Source: Eledone cirrhosa
Lineage: Eukaryota
Assembly (NCBI GenBank): GCA_964016885.1
Contig: OZ024741.1
Coordinates: 382,788,001-382,852,000, forward strand
Direction of reading: 5' to 3'
Length of the DNA: 64,000 nucleotides
The position numbers and the translations under genes were made by a program. Position 1 is the first letter of the stretch. Each line of letters opens with the position of its first letter. A model generated the notes under the pieces. That model saw only the letters and a list, made by a program, of their open reading frames with translations, made no database searches and had not been told where the DNA came from. Shown here piece after piece: positions 27,542-46,698 of this stretch.

Positions 27542-30500
27542 TGTTCTACTAACCATGCTCTTAATAAAAACACACGCAGCAGTTGGATCTCACTTCAATC
27601 TATTATAAATTACCGGTAGGTTGCAGGTGAAATAGTTAACCTATTTATGGTATGGTGGGATAGAAGACTTAAGGAACAATTAGACGACAATTTTATAATC
27701 CTGACATAAACATCGTAGTGAAAACAACCCCGATGAAGAGCACCATTAAAAGCATCGAGCAAATAGTTAATTCCATCTACCAGAATATTAAACTTACTAT
27801 AGACTACCCAACTAAACATCCCAACCATAGATTACCCGTACAAGACAGAACTTTGGCTGGAAACTATTAGTAATAGGACGCAAATCCTCCATTCGCATTA
27901 TGCCAAACTATGACCACCAAATACCTGATCCACCGAAACGTAGCTGTTTCTGATCACATACAAATCAACTGATTGCGGACTTAGTAAGAGAGATGAGGAA
28001 CATACAACACTTCATCCACGGCATGCAGCTTTCTGGTTTCAATCAGAGAGATAAAATCAGGGTATATAAAGGAGCCAGAACCAAATGGGCAAATATTGTA
28101 GAAAATGATTCAAATTGAACTTGCGCATGTATAGGAACACATTTTAGAACAGAATAGAAAGGATTCGGAATAAGACAAATAAAATCAACTCATGGTATGA
28201 TAGCAATACATACCAGATAGTAATGTTCATCAATACAACCCTTAGTGTCGAACTAGCTTACAGATTTAGATGGGCCCTAGACAAGCTGTAATTAAATATG
28301 CAGACATCATGTCTGCCATCAAGTCCTTCCCAGCTAGCAGCAGCGGGCGTGCTGATGGTATCGGACCAGGCCACCTCAAGGAGTTGCTATGCCTCCTCTC
28401 CGCTGAGGCCGGGCACCGCTTCCTGAGTGCAATTGTGGCGCTCACCAATAGGCTCATCCATGGCACCCTGGATTCTCACGCCTCTTTTTTTCGGCTAGCC
28501 TCACCGCTCCCATGAAGAATGAGGGTGGCATACGCCCCATTGCTGTGGGCAATCTTTTCTGGAGGCTGGCTGCCAGGGTGGTCTGCAGGTCCATAACACC
28601 TGAACTGAGTGAGGAGTTCAGTACGGTGCAACTGGGTGTCGGCGTATCTGGTGGCTGTGAGAGGACCGCACATGCAACTAGGCAGTTATTCAACAGAAGA
28701 CCACCGGAACCAACATCCAGGGACTCCAGGTACCTCATTACCAAGCTTGACATGAGGAATGCCTTCAACTGCTTGCGCCGGGACTCTCTGTTCGATGCCT
28801 GCCTCAGCCGAGCCCCCTCTGCCTACACGCTGGCCTACCTATCGTATAGAGCCCCGAGCATGCTCCTTGCTGCTGATACGGTCATACCTTCGGCTACTGG
28901 GGTTCAACAGGACGGCCCTTTGGGACCTCTCCTGTTTGTCCTTGGTATAGACCACATCGCCCGGAGTATCATGGCCCTTCTCAACGTTTGGTATCTGGAT
29001 GATGCTATGTTGGGCGGGCCCGTACAGACTGTCTGCCATGACCTACAATCGGTGATTCCTGTACTGGCGGGAATCGGCCTCCAGGTCAACTCGGCCAAGT
29101 CGGAGAGGGTGAATGTCAGCCACGATACTGAGAGCTTTGCAGCCCCGTCTAGGACATGCGGTCCAATCTCCACTAGGTACATGTGGCCCCCAAATAGGAT
29201 GTCGTCATCCTCGGGTCACTGAACCACCTGCCGGCCATTCCGCTCCACCATCAGGTCCAGGCTTCAACAACTCCAGACTCTCACGAGCCGACTGGGCTTG
29301 ATCGACGGCCACCCAGCTCTCTTTCTGTTGAGGTACTACTTCGCCATGCCGAAGCTCCTCTATACCCTTCGCAGCTCTCCGGTCTACACACACATATCTC
29401 TCCTCGCTGACCTCGATACTTGTATCCGAGCAGAAGCCGAGTAGATATGCAACGTCAAGTTTGACGAGATTGGATGGCCACAGGCCACTTTACCTGTCAG
29501 GTATGGCGGTTTTGGCCTCCGGTCCCCAATCTCACTGGCTTTGCCGGCGTATCTTTCGTCGGTAACCTCGTGTCGCGTCCTCGTCAGCAGGGTTCTTCAA
29601 AACACAATAGAACCCTCTGTGTTCAGAGAACGTGAGGCCGCCTGTGAGACGTGGGATCGGCTGGAACATAGCCCAGTAGACGTCCCTCATCCTCCTCCCC
29701 CTGTTGACGTCAAGTAATCCCAAAGAATTTGGGATGCCATCCTGTGCAGCCTGGCCTCAGACAACTCAAGCGCCAGCTCGACCAGCACCGCCTTGCCGGC
29801 TTTCGTGCGGCCTCCAAACCCCATAGTGTTGCCTGACTCCATGCCCTGACCTCCTTCTCGACTGACACGCAGCTAGACAACAATAACCTGCGCATCGGCG
29901 CTTCCTTGAGTCTCGGCCTCCGGATTTGCGATCCACACCAATGTCGCTGTGGATCCACCGTGAAATCTTCCGGACTCCACCTTCTTTCTTGTCACCACAA
30001 TGTCGACCGCCTTCCACGCCATGCTGCCCTCAATGAGGTCATAGCATGGCTTGGATGCTGCGGGCTTCCCTTCCCAACCTGAGCCGGTGGGGATGGGCCG
30101 AGGGGACCTCAAAAGGCCAGATGGCATTACCATCTTCCCGTTCCGCGGTGGCAAACCCCTCGTCTGGGATGCTACTTGCACTGACACTTTCTGCAACCGC
30201 AACCTGCTGCAGTCTGCGACTAACCCAGGTTCTGCTGCACGTCGAGCTGAGGAGCTCAAGCTCCTCAAATACCAGTTGCTCTCCGACAGGTTTGCGGTTG
30301 TACCCCTGCCAGTTGAGACTTCTAGTGTCCTCGGGTCTAGGGCTACCTCCCTACTCACCGCTATAGGCGCTGAGCTGGCCAGCCGCAGGTGTGAACCCTG
30401 CGAGTTGGAGTGGCTTTTCCAGCGTGTCTCCCTTTGCCGTACCTCCTGGAGAACGCCTTCTCCATCCTGTCCGTCCGGGCTGGTGCACGCGTAACATTCC

Positions 30501-31120
30501 ACATTTAGGTATCTGTGTCCTCACATGTAGACGCACGTCATTTACCTTTAATAGTTACAATGTAATTTCTCTGCAGTATATATATAACTATATATAATGT
30601 TGATTAAATAATAATATAGTTTAAAAACCAGGTATTCCTATAAAAAGCCTAATTAATAAAACATACCCATTTCAAAGAACCTCCTGAACTGATAGGAAAT
30701 GGATAGTCTGCAAACGAAGCCCGCAAACTAACTGCAAAACTAGGAACATAGTATATAGCATAAGATGTACTGAGGGACAGTGTAAAAATAAGAACATAAC
30801 CTACATAGGTGAAACAGCCCGTATCATAGGAGAAGGGACACGTGAAAACAGGCGAGAACTCCAAGATGGGAAACCTCATCTTTACTCCACTAACATGCCA
30901 AAATAGAACATAGGGGTTCATTAGAGAACATACAAATAAAAATATCCGGTTATTGAACCAAACAACTAGCCAACCGACCGGAACTTTATAATAAAAATTG
31001 AAATGAAAACTATCAGGTGCGTTTGTTTTTATTAGAACATGACCCTCCCAAAATAACAATATCTGTCTCAACACGCGTTTTCAGATAAGACATTTTGCAA
31101 AACAAATCCCAAAACGAAGT
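27540..31120 (+). mobile_element. Degraded family C PLE interrupted by a CRE LINE
   Basis: RDKIRVYKGARTKW..NSWYDSN before ~28303 resumes after ~30615 with CKTRNIVYSIRC..YIGETAR. Family C 3' end at 30950-31120. Inverted stub at 27540-27610. Confidence 0.75.
28303..30614 (+). mobile_element. 5'-truncated CRE-clade non-LTR retrotransposon (RT plus restriction-like endonuclease), frameshifted
   Basis: GGIRPIAVG, QLGVGVSGGCE, KLDMRNAFN, GVQQ(D)GPLGPLLF, WYLDD; C-terminal KRPDGIT..GKPLVWDATCTDT. GC-rich. Confidence 0.9.
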
Positions 31121-31421
31121 ATATATATATATATATAGTAATAATAATAGATTGGAGACTAAATCCAAACAGGGCTCGATATGGATAAATATATATCAAA
31201 TATATAAGTACCGTAGAGCAATTTAATAAATATATATATATATAAACATACCCCCCCACACACACACACACTCATATATATATATGAAAAAACAACCTGC
31301 CATATTCACTGAACCAGAACAATTCTCCCCATCCCATTTATACTTTCACTCGTGTAGGACACCTCGGTATTTTTCATTTTGTAAAAAAACCTCACTTTCT
31401 AATATATATATACATATATAT

Positions 31422-31499
<78 letters not shown>

Positions 31500-31502
<3 letters not shown>

Positions 31503-31900
31503 TTTATAAATTATCGAGTTCTCTCCAGCGGTCTCTGACCCTCATTATCGCTGTCATGTCCTTCGTCTCTAAGAGACCAGTATCTTTGCTTAGGTCATCA
31601 ACATATGTCAATTGTGGTCTTCCTCTTCCAGTGTGTCCATGCAGGGGCACCCACAGAAGCACTGAGTGTAGTGTCAACTCTGGATGTTGGTGAGCATGTC
31701 CAGCTAACCTTAGTCTCCTCTGGTACTTTTGAGCTGACTTTTGGGAGGCTCCCGTACAGCTCTGAGTTCTTCATCCTGATTAATGTTCAGAACCACCCTC
31801 GTCCTTCTCGTGTAGCACCTATCCACCGTCTGAGTAAGTTTCTCGGTCAGTGTCCACGTCTCAGACCCGTACAGCAGCATAGTTTCCACTACAGCAATGA
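31500..31900 (-). mobile_element. RTE-clade LINE 3' fragment
   Basis: AVVETMLLYGSETWTLTEKLTQTVDRCYTRRTRVVLNI. Confidence 0.8.
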
Positions 31901-32327
31901 AGAGACATATATACATAAATAAATAAAAACAAACATATATACATACATACATACACGAATAAATGCAAAGACAGATCTGTGTAATTATATAGTTAAATCT
32001 ATTTTTATGAGCATACTGCAACAACACATTATAATTACGTAACGACAAAATCAACTGACATGATTGCATCTGGCAGCATTTTCAAGCAGCGGTTACACAA
32101 TGAAATGATAATGCCATTGATATGGTTCAGCGAGTGAAACACCCCAGTGTGGTGTGTGTTCTCTTACCATATATACATTATATGTTGATGTCAAATATTT
32201 CATTTATTAATAATTTTAACACGTGTTCCGAGACTCCAGTCTGTGTCTATGAAGTCGAAATTGGGGTTATACAGTAGATTACTTCATAGTTCCTCGCATG
32301 GTTTTATTGCTGCATCTCATCAGATAA

Positions 32328-32506
32328 ATAATAACTGTTTCTACTCTTGGCACAAGGGCAGCATATCCAGTGCATTACTGGTACTTTATTCTGTCGACCC
32401 TGTAAGGATGAAAGGCAAAGATAACCTCGGCGGGATTTGAATTCAGAATGGCAAGGGGCGTAACTCTATGCGTCAAAGCATGGTGTCCGACCCTCTACCG
32501 ATACTG
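32328..32506 (-). mobile_element. SINE copy
   Basis: Shared body and box B. Confidence 0.85.
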
Positions 32507-33078
32507 ATCGGTTTAGGTGATAATCCAGAGTCATTGATGTGAGCATAGTAGTATAAATCAGCGGTTGAAGATTAGAAGGGTGTTCTTGCTAGTGCCTGTA
32601 ATCAAATCTGTGATGTACGTTTAGTTTAGTTTATTCTTAGGGAGTAGATTTGAACATATATTTATTATGATAATAATAGTGATAGTATTGGATTCATAGA
32701 TAATATATTAATAAGCTTAACTTAAGAAAGAGAAAATTATTCGACAACTAATGATGTGGTTTTGAGTCTATTCCATTTGGTTAGCAAAGCATTGTATTTG
32801 TGAAACCTTGTATGTTAGTCCAGCTTATCTTGTGTTTATAGCTGCAATTAGGAGAGGATACTTTAACTTACGTCAAGCTGTTTTCTTAAAGAGAGATGTG
32901 GGAATTTATTGTTATGGCTCTTGTAGGAGCAATATATTCTGAGATATATCTGTGATATATTATATGTTGCTTTGATGTGGATTTATCTATATTGATTTTA
33001 CACACATACACATACTTATATATGTACACATATATCTCTTTTCCTCTTTACCTCACTTTCTTTTATCTCTCACTCTCA

Positions 33079-33470
<392 letters not shown>

Positions 33471-33534
33471 AAAGTGTAGGACCCCGACGGCAGATCTCAA
33501 CCCACTTCGACGGCTATTTCTGGACAGAAATAGC

Positions 33535-35060
33535 TCAAGGAAATCGTTTGCACTGTGGCCAACGAAAGATTTCCCAATCAATTTCAGGATGATTGAAGTC
33601 ACCTGCAATAAACTCATAAGTGGCTGTGTTCCTGGCTGCAGCTCTGAGGATATCGCAAAGTTGTGTGTCCTGATGATAGTTTGCTGGGCGATAAACAACA
33701 CGAAGCAGAAGTGTTGACATGGTTATACGTATGTCACAGAACAAAACTTCTTGTGATTCATTCAAATCAACGCAAGGAATTACCGAAAAATATGAACGAA
33801 CGTAGACATCACACCACCACCACGGCGACTAATGCGCTCCTTGCGGAACAGGTTGTACCCAGTAATGCAGAAAACTCCATAATAGAGTAAGGAATGTGCC
33901 CATGTTTCCGTGACTGTGATGGAATCAGGGTCGATCCTTCTGACGTAGGAGTTAAACAGATATATCTTGTTACATAAACTGCGAGCATTTATGGACAACA
34001 ATTTGTACCCTGCTTGCAATTTATGATGGTGTGTAGAGGATGGCAGGTTGTTCTGGTTTAGTTTCCCAGAGTTGTTGCAGTTTTTTCATTGCCAGTTATT
34101 GTGGGTAGAGCCCACTCAGACCAGCTGGCATCTCTCTTCCACGTTTCACCAGCCTTAACAAACCTCCAGATCTGCCCATCATCACGCAGACTAAAAATTT
34201 CATGTTGTGCTGAGTTCCGATTCAAGGAAGCTGCAGTACGTAGCTTTGGACGTACATCAGGTGGTAGGCTTGGGCGTGATCGGAAGGTAATCCGATTTTC
34301 AAGCCCAGCTTTAACAGAGGCCAGATAATATGAAATTGCCTCAGCGGGGTCCGAAAAAGACAGCCTGGTGAGTCTGTGTTTTGGACCAGGTCGAAAGAGC
34401 CGGAGAGCTCCCTTTGGGTGAACACAGCCTAGGTCTTTTGGCTGAGCTGGCAGCAAATGCCTGAAGATCAGCTTTGTTTTCTGGTAACCCATTGGCAATT
34501 ACTTCATGGGTAGCAGATTCCACGGTCTTCTCAGTGTGCCCAGATACGGCAAAAGGTACAGGGAGATGCTTTAGCAAGGCATTCCGATAAGACTCCTCAT
34601 TGTGGGGTCCTACTCGAATGCTTGCTTTTATTCCTGTTACTTCCCTACTTAAAGCAGAAATCTGTACTGGTCGATTGTTGTTGTTGCTGTTGTTGTTGTT
34701 ATTGTTGCTGTTGCCGTTGCTGCTGATGCCGCTGTTGTTGTTGTTGTTGTTGTTGTTGTTGCTGCTGCTGTTGTTGTTGATGATGATGATGATGATGTTC
34801 CGCCACGGGAATGGTAGGGGAAGACACAGTCGTCGGTTATTGGTTTCGAGAAGACATGGGTTGTTGTTGTTTCTGATGATCTTCCACAGGAATAGCAGCA
34901 GAAGCCAGTGTCATAGGTTTTTGCCGTTGTTCAGTAACAATGGTAGAGGAAGATACAGTCATCGTTTTTAGTCGTTGTTGTTGTTGTTTTTCAATAACAT
35001 TGGTAGAGGCAGGCACACAGGCCAGACACTGAAAGGATCAAGATTTTAGCTAGACCATCT
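33535..35060 (-). mobile_element. CR1/L2-group LINE 5' part (ORF1 plus APE endonuclease), degraded
   Basis: [52 protein letters not shown]. Confidence 0.85.
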
Positions 35061-36294
35061 CCCAGAGTCCATCCAACATAGCAATATTATGTGTATTTTT
35101 TTGTCCTGGGATCCCCCGGAAGCCTGTGGCGCATTCAAGGCAGACAGAGATGCGACATCATCATGGCAATTTTGTTATTTCTGCCCATCCGTAGAAAAAC
35201 ACAGAATGTAAACAATATAGGTTTAGCACACTTGATTACGATAGAGATTAAATGTTGTTTTTTTTTGTTGTTTTTTTTGTGTATTTTTGTTTCCGTTTTC
35301 CTAAATATTGTGTGTGTACAAAAGGATCTGCGCTTCTATGTATAATTTAAAAAAAAAAGTATGTATATAGGTATATATATAACCCAAATAAGCACGGGGA
35401 ATAGATTTTAAACAGAAATGAAGTCAGTGGTTTTACTGGAGTTTACGATACTTTCATTACAGTCTTTCACACTAAATAGTGTGATTTATTTTCACTTTGT
35501 GTGTATATATATGTGTATGCTACATATAGATATGTGTGTATGTTGCTGTTTTATAGAGTTTGGATGTACTTACTGTCGTCCAACGTCGATTTGTTAGTTT
35601 TCTTTTTTTCATCATGTCCACACCTGGCGAAAAATATAGTTTACTTCGTCAACAAAAAAAAAATATTTAAAAAATGGTGAAGAAAGTTGTGATATTTTTC
35701 ATACTGGTCTTACAAGTAAGGGACAAGTTAAACTATTCTTAATAGTGGAGTTTGCAATCCATCTGACGTGTGATATTAGCAATTTTCGCTGACAGTATTA
35801 TATTGAGATGGGACCACAATTGCTTGCGTCCATCCGCATCGCCATCTTGATTTGTTCACATATAACGAAGTAAGTATGGTAAGGAACCAGGTGAACCATA
35901 ATGCACCAGAGTACTCGATACTTTGGGCAGTAGAGTGGGTAATAGGAAAGGGTTCAGGCTTTTCCTATATATATATATATATATATATAATGGAGGAAAT
36001 GTGGTAAGGAACCAGGTGGACCATAACGCACCAAAGTACTCAATACTTAGGGTAGTAGAGTGGGTAATAGGAACGAGTAGGACCCTGACGGCTGAGCTCA
36101 AGCCGTTTCGACTGCTAATTTTTTTTTTTAGTCCAGAATTAGCCGTCGAAACGGCTTGAGCTCAGCCGTCAGGGTCCTACTCGTTCCTATATATATATAT
36201 ATATATATATTCCTGATTTCTCAAGAATGAAACAGTTCTAGTCCTGTAGAATCTCATCTATATTAAAACTGTTATACTCTGCTATAATTAAAAA

Positions 36295-36732
36295 TTACTA
36301 CTCTAAAACAATAGCATACGGTCTTCAAAATGCTTTTAATTAAGCATAAAGTGTATTGCAAAATATATTATATATACATCCATATATATATTGCTATTTC
36401 AGAGCTCCAATTCTAATTTTTAATTTCTGCCTGACCAACAATCGCTCTGTATAATTAGCTCCTGATTATTTACTAGAATTCTATAAGAATATAACATCAG
36501 TAATCTCAGTAGACAGGAGGGTAGTTAGCCTTGATAAGCTTCAACAAAAGCGAAACAAGGCCCATGTCGGCTTATCTCCCCTGTTTGCTGAGATTAAAGT
36601 AAGTGAATTTGTCACTACTCTAAAACAATAGCATACGGTCTTCAAAATGCTTTTAATTAAGCATAAAGTGTATTGCAAAATACATTATATATACATCCAT
36701 ATATATATTGCTATTTCAGAGCTCCAATTCTA

Positions 36733-36736
<4 letters not shown>
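36295..36736 (+). mobile_element. Diverged family F tandem (317-bp period)
   Basis: actactctaaaacaatagc at 36297 and 36614; homologous to 24810-25005. Confidence 0.8.
36527..36572 (+). ncRNA. Type I HHR with a U3-A8 covariant core
   Basis: agcc-TTGATAA-gctt caacaa aagc-GAAA-ca aggccca tg-TC-ggct. Confidence 0.85.
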
Positions 36737-36785
<49 letters not shown>

Positions 36786-38221
36786 CACATATACATAAGG
36801 TCAACAGCAGCAAATCAGTTTCCGGTGTAACAATGAAAATATCTCAAGGTATGTCAGCATACGGCCATAGATCGTTTTCTTTTTCTATTTAGAAGGAGGT
36901 GCATATTCCATCAACCCTTTCTAGAATTCCAAACTGGTAGGAAGAATGGAAGAAGCTATCCTAAGACGCGATGTATATCCCAAAAGGTACTTGCGATAGA
37001 GTAGCAAACACACTTAAAGGTGTAAGCGATGTCAGAATGCGAAAGCTAATGTTAGATTATGTCTTATATAAAGCCAAATATCCGGGAAGCAGAATCTTAC
37101 CTTCTTAAAGACTAAAAGAATTACATTTATACGGTTTATAGTAATAGCCCCAGTGAGAATATTTCCATAAAACGCATTGAAATATTTATAGCAGATTCTA
37201 CAATAGATAGATAAATATTTGAGACGAGCGAATAGTCGATTATATCGGCCTTGGCACTTAAATATTACTTATTTTATCGACCCCAGAAGAGTGATCTATG
37301 AAGGTGAACTTGTTGTTTGAATTCTAACCATATAGCATTTTATCTATATACCACATGGCATGTTACTCACTGTCCTACTGATTATATTTAATAATAGTTA
37401 AACAATAGTCATTATACATTGAATTATATGGAAATTTATTTCATTTACCTGTTACAGTCTTTTTCGTCTCAGCTTCAGATTGAGAGTCACCTGGGTTTCT
37501 TATATTCAAAAGATGTGTAAAATAAAATGTTTCCGTTGGATTTAATGCGATTGTGTCCAAACGATGGAGAAATAGCATGTTTATTCAAGTATGTGAGGAT
37601 AGCAATACAGTAGTAACAGAAAGATCAGAAGCGACTACAGTGAATATATGATTGGCCAAGCATAATTCTTAAGCAAATTCCGAAAATATATGTAATGAAA
37701 TAGAATAGATATTTAATAGAACGATCACATTTAAACAATCTTGTTTTCGCTTGCAACTGACATGTTTTCCTCTATGAAGCCTGAAACGTAATTTACGCAT
37801 TAGAAATGTATTTGTTTCTTTCTATTTTTGTTCTTGGTGTATTGAACTGTTTTATAATAGAGTTCTAAAAGTTCTGTAAGAAATACCGGAAACCTTACAT
37901 GATAGATGTTAGAATATTTGTGTCTTAATGTGTAAGTATTGTACACAGTATGTACTCATTATGAAAATGGATGCATGTTTGTATATGTGTGTGAAAACGT
38001 GAGACAGTAAATTTGAGAGCGTGTATCTTTTTATATAAACCTTATGTATCTTGACTACATACGAAGTATATATATGTATGTATAATACATTTTTGCATCA
38101 TGAATATCAGGAACATTTAAAAACCGGCCTTTTGTTTTCATTGAAGTGTATATTTATACGAAACACACACATACACACACACTTATATATATATATATAT
38201 ACATTTATATATACCTATATA

Positions 38222-38345
<124 letters not shown>

Positions 38346-38731
38346 CTTTCGAATTGTTGAGAGAATGTGAAATTCATCGAAACTGAAGAAACTAAGACGC
38401 AGAAGAAAATTATATAGACAATTGTTTGCTATCAATTGCTTAGACAATCGAGTAAAGACAACACGTGGCCTGTATAAGTGCGGTCAGCGATTTCAACGAG
38501 GAGACAAGCCTCATATCTTTTAAATAATGGCTGATTTCTCTAGGCATTGATCGTATCAGTCATTGATAACACTTACAATTTAAATTCTCACTTATAAGGT
38601 GTCTTTACCTGATTTTCTAAGATAGTCATAGCAATCAATTGTATTTATCTATCTATCTATCTATTTCTCTCTCTCTCTCACTCTCGCTCTCTCTCTCTCG
38701 CACTGTCTCTCTCTCTTTCCGTGTATATATA

Positions 38732-38817
<86 letters not shown>

Positions 38818-39063
38818 TATTTATATAGCCTAAAAATTATAGATTGGACGTGTTAGATTTTCATTACATTTAATGAGGTGTGACGCGCGTTTCCCGATCG
38901 ATCAGCTCAAGGCTCTATATCCATTAATGTGACCCGACTCTCGAATCTAAACAACTAGGCCAGTTTGATACAAATTGAGCCTTGATTGATCAATCGCGAT
39001 ACCTGCGTCGCCTTTCAATAAATTTAATGAAGATCCAACACCTCGTTCTTTCATTATTAGTAA

Positions 39064-39252
39064 GGGCGGTAGATTGGCAGTATCGGTAGAGGGTCGTACG
39101 TCATTCTTTGACGCATTGACTTACGTCCATACTGAGTTCAAATCCCACCGAGGTTAACTTTGCCTTTCATCCTTACGGGGTCGATAAAATAAAGTACCAG
39201 TAATACACTGGGGTACTAGCTGGCCTTGTGGCAAAAGTAGAAACAATTATTA
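39064..39252 (+). mobile_element. SINE copy
   Basis: ggcggtagattggcagtatcgg...gagttcaaatcc...agaaacaattatt. Confidence 0.9.
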
Positions 39253-39357
39253 CTAGTATTACACTCTGCTTAGTAGAACCCAAATACACGTAGTGGAAAC
39301 TACACATAGAGTGGTCACTTTGGTGAACCTACAGTAACTGACGTTACCATCCCTAAA

Positions 39358-39414
<57 letters not shown>

Positions 39415-39712
39415 AATGAAGTAATTCTGTCGGAAAAGTCCAGGAAAAAAGAGTGCTCTATGCAGGTAACAGAGTTTAATAGTTATGTAATAAACAACAT
39501 AAGGCAATTATTTCATTTGCCAGTGGTATCTTAAAAGCAAAAAAAAATTGATTTCAATCATAAGAATGAAAAAATCCTGGCGTATTTATTGACTTTGGAT
39601 TTTAAAAACAAAAATGCAATCTATATGAAAGTGAGGCTGGAAAAGGAAGAAGGAAAGGAAAAATAAAATAAAACCCACATGCAAACACACACACACACAC
39701 AAGTATATACAT

Positions 39713-39749
<37 letters not shown>

Positions 39750-39947
39750 CACACATACATACACACACACATATATACACACACACACATATATATGTGT
39801 ATATATATACATACACATACATATACACATACATACACACACTCTCACACATAAATATACATATACAAATACATAAACACATACATACGCATACACAAAT
39901 ACATACACACACACATATACATATATACACACACATACATATATATA

Positions 39948-39987
<40 letters not shown>

Positions 39988-40296
39988 CACACATACATAC
40001 ATAGCCATACAATTATACACATACATATACATACATATCACAAACACGTAATTACAAATACAAACACACACATATATATATGTGTGTAAAACTCATTCTT
40101 ACATAATTCATATGAACCATTTCTAACTCTAAAATATATATATATATATATATATATATCACAAATCAATTGTGGTAAGAAACCAGACGGACCATGACGC
40201 ACCAGAGTACTCAATACTTAGGCTATTAGAGTGGGAAATAGGAAAAAGTATGACCCCGATGGCAGAGCTCAAGCCGTTTCGACGGCTATTTCTGGA

Positions 40297-40334
<38 letters not shown>

Positions 40335-40792
40335 AAATAGTAGAAAGGAAAAATAATATTCAAGTAGAAAATGCTGAAGCGATTCTTTCAGTGTGATATC
40401 AAAACATTCATTTATTTACAAAGTGGATATTTCCGCATTTAATATACCGGTTTCAGCATTGTCAATTGCGGATATGCATAATATTGTTAAGTTGCATATT
40501 TATACAAATAATAGTAACAATAATAATAAAAATTGAAAGAAAAATAGATTTTCACATATTCAGAGAGGAGAATTCATTTCTCTGTCGTGTCTGTTCTACT
40601 TTCTCTGTTAATAGTTTCTTTTTCGTCAAACTATTAACATGTATGAGAACAAATATTTTCCCTTTCTACTATTTGTTTTTATATATATCAACTCGTGTGT
40701 TACTATATTCGATATATATATATATATAGTGCTAGAACATTGGAAGGTAATATCTGTAGTGGTAGAATGCTCAGTCCATGGGACGAGTTTGC

Positions 40793-40933
40793 TAGAAGTG
40801 GTTACACAAAAGTTAGCTCACCATACCGAGAACAATTGTTTCACTTTAGCGGATCCTATTACGAGCTGAGGATCCGGTAAGGTGGAACAATTGTTCTCGG
40901 TATGGTGAACTAACTGTTGTGTAACCACTTCTA
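40793..40933. repeat. Fold-back of the 3535-type HHR plus tail
   Basis: Right arm: cgag-CTGAGGA-tccggtaaggt-GGAA-caattg-TT-ctcg plus the same tail as 3575-3605. The left arm is its inverse. Confidence 0.8.
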
Positions 40934-41168
40934 TATATAGATATATAGATATAATTGGTGTGGGATGCTTACCACTGATTCTCCGTTTCTTATGTGATAT
41001 ATATATACAATATATTAACAAATGGAAACTATATTTATAAAACCATATTTATTTCATTATACATATTTCAAGGACACCAAAGCAAAGGACTCCAACAATT
41101 TGTTGAGTGCTTTATATCAGTTATAAAAATATTTGCTTGTTGTATCCCAACAAATTTAATATAACTTC

Positions 41169-41206
<38 letters not shown>

Positions 41207-42014
41207 TTTCCGTTGTGTTGTAATATAAATATTACACACAGTAGATTGACAGCTCACGTAGAGTTTGATCGACGGTTCCAGCTGTAGTTCCAAAAGTAAT
41301 CCGGAGAAAAATAGAAATATTTGAATGGATACAGTTTAGTTGAAAGGAATTTATTGACACGTGTTTCTATAACCTGAAAACAGCTGCTATCTACAAAGTA
41401 TTAGTTATGCAGACATTCAATATTTCAATGTTATTATTTACTGTCATTTCATCAGAATAATATTACTGAGGACCTATTTGGTTTTTATAGACAATATTAG
41501 GAGGGAGGGGTGAAGTTGTTAGAAGAATAGTTGAGGGAGTGGTTTTTTGATAGCAGTGAGAATTTTTGGTGGCAGTGAGTAATTAGATTCCCATCTGTTG
41601 TTTTGACATTTTTTATAGAATATATTATTAGTTATTTTTCTAAATCTATAGAAGGATTAGAGATAGTGAAGATATGCGTGGTTGGTTTTGTGTTTGCACT
41701 TAATTAACATTCAGACTTAAATTTTTCTTTCAAGTGTACGTATCCTTTCACCCACGCATTCACACACAAACATATTTGCACACCTCTACAAAATACATAT
41801 ACTCACATTCACATAGTAACATGTTCATACTTACATACATATACACATGTATACATATATATATACACACATGTATTCATGTACATACATACGCGTTCAT
41901 GTGTATACATTTTCATACTCAACTTATCTTTATATACACTCGTATAGACACACACATATATACATACATACTCTAGTCTATGTGTACATATATACATATA
42001 CATACATATCTATC

Positions 42015-46358
<4,344 letters not shown>

Positions 46359-46400
46359 GTAAGTATGCATGTATACGTACATACATATATGTATACAGAC

Positions 46401-46439
<39 letters not shown>

Positions 46440-46653
46440 TACATACATATGCATACAGGTACACATATATATATATATATATACATATATACATACATAT
46501 GCATACAGGTACACATACATATATGCACGTATCAGTTTAGCGGCGCTTATTATAACGTCGCTTTGTTCGTTTGTAAACAAACTGAACAGCCTGAATTTAT
46601 GCCATACGGTGTTAAGGCAACCACGTCACCTTTTTGTTCAACACTGACACAGG

Positions 46654-46698
46654 AACGATGTACTAGTTTCAAGCTTGTTAGCTATCATCAGCACCGTT
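46654..46698 (-). ncRNA. Minimal type I HHR with palindromic stem III
   Basis: aacggtg-CTGATGA-tagc taacaa gctt-GAAA-ctag-TA-catcgtt (ACTAGT palindrome). Confidence 0.88.

Noticed and set aside
31284-31402. Scrambled or spliced derivative of the Neptune 3' end
   Set aside because: Segment order is explained by the tandem repeat register plus simple deletions; no splice signals at the junctions.
33640-34880. CTGANGA matches inside LINE sequence (also 18639, 22396, 30247, 53217, 9447)
   Set aside because: No pairing stems or correctly placed GAAA/UH; chance matches.
40862-40900. GAAA to GGAA as a footprint of A-to-I editing before retrotransposition
   Set aside because: The mirror arm of the same insertion retains GAAA, which fits post-insertion mutation.
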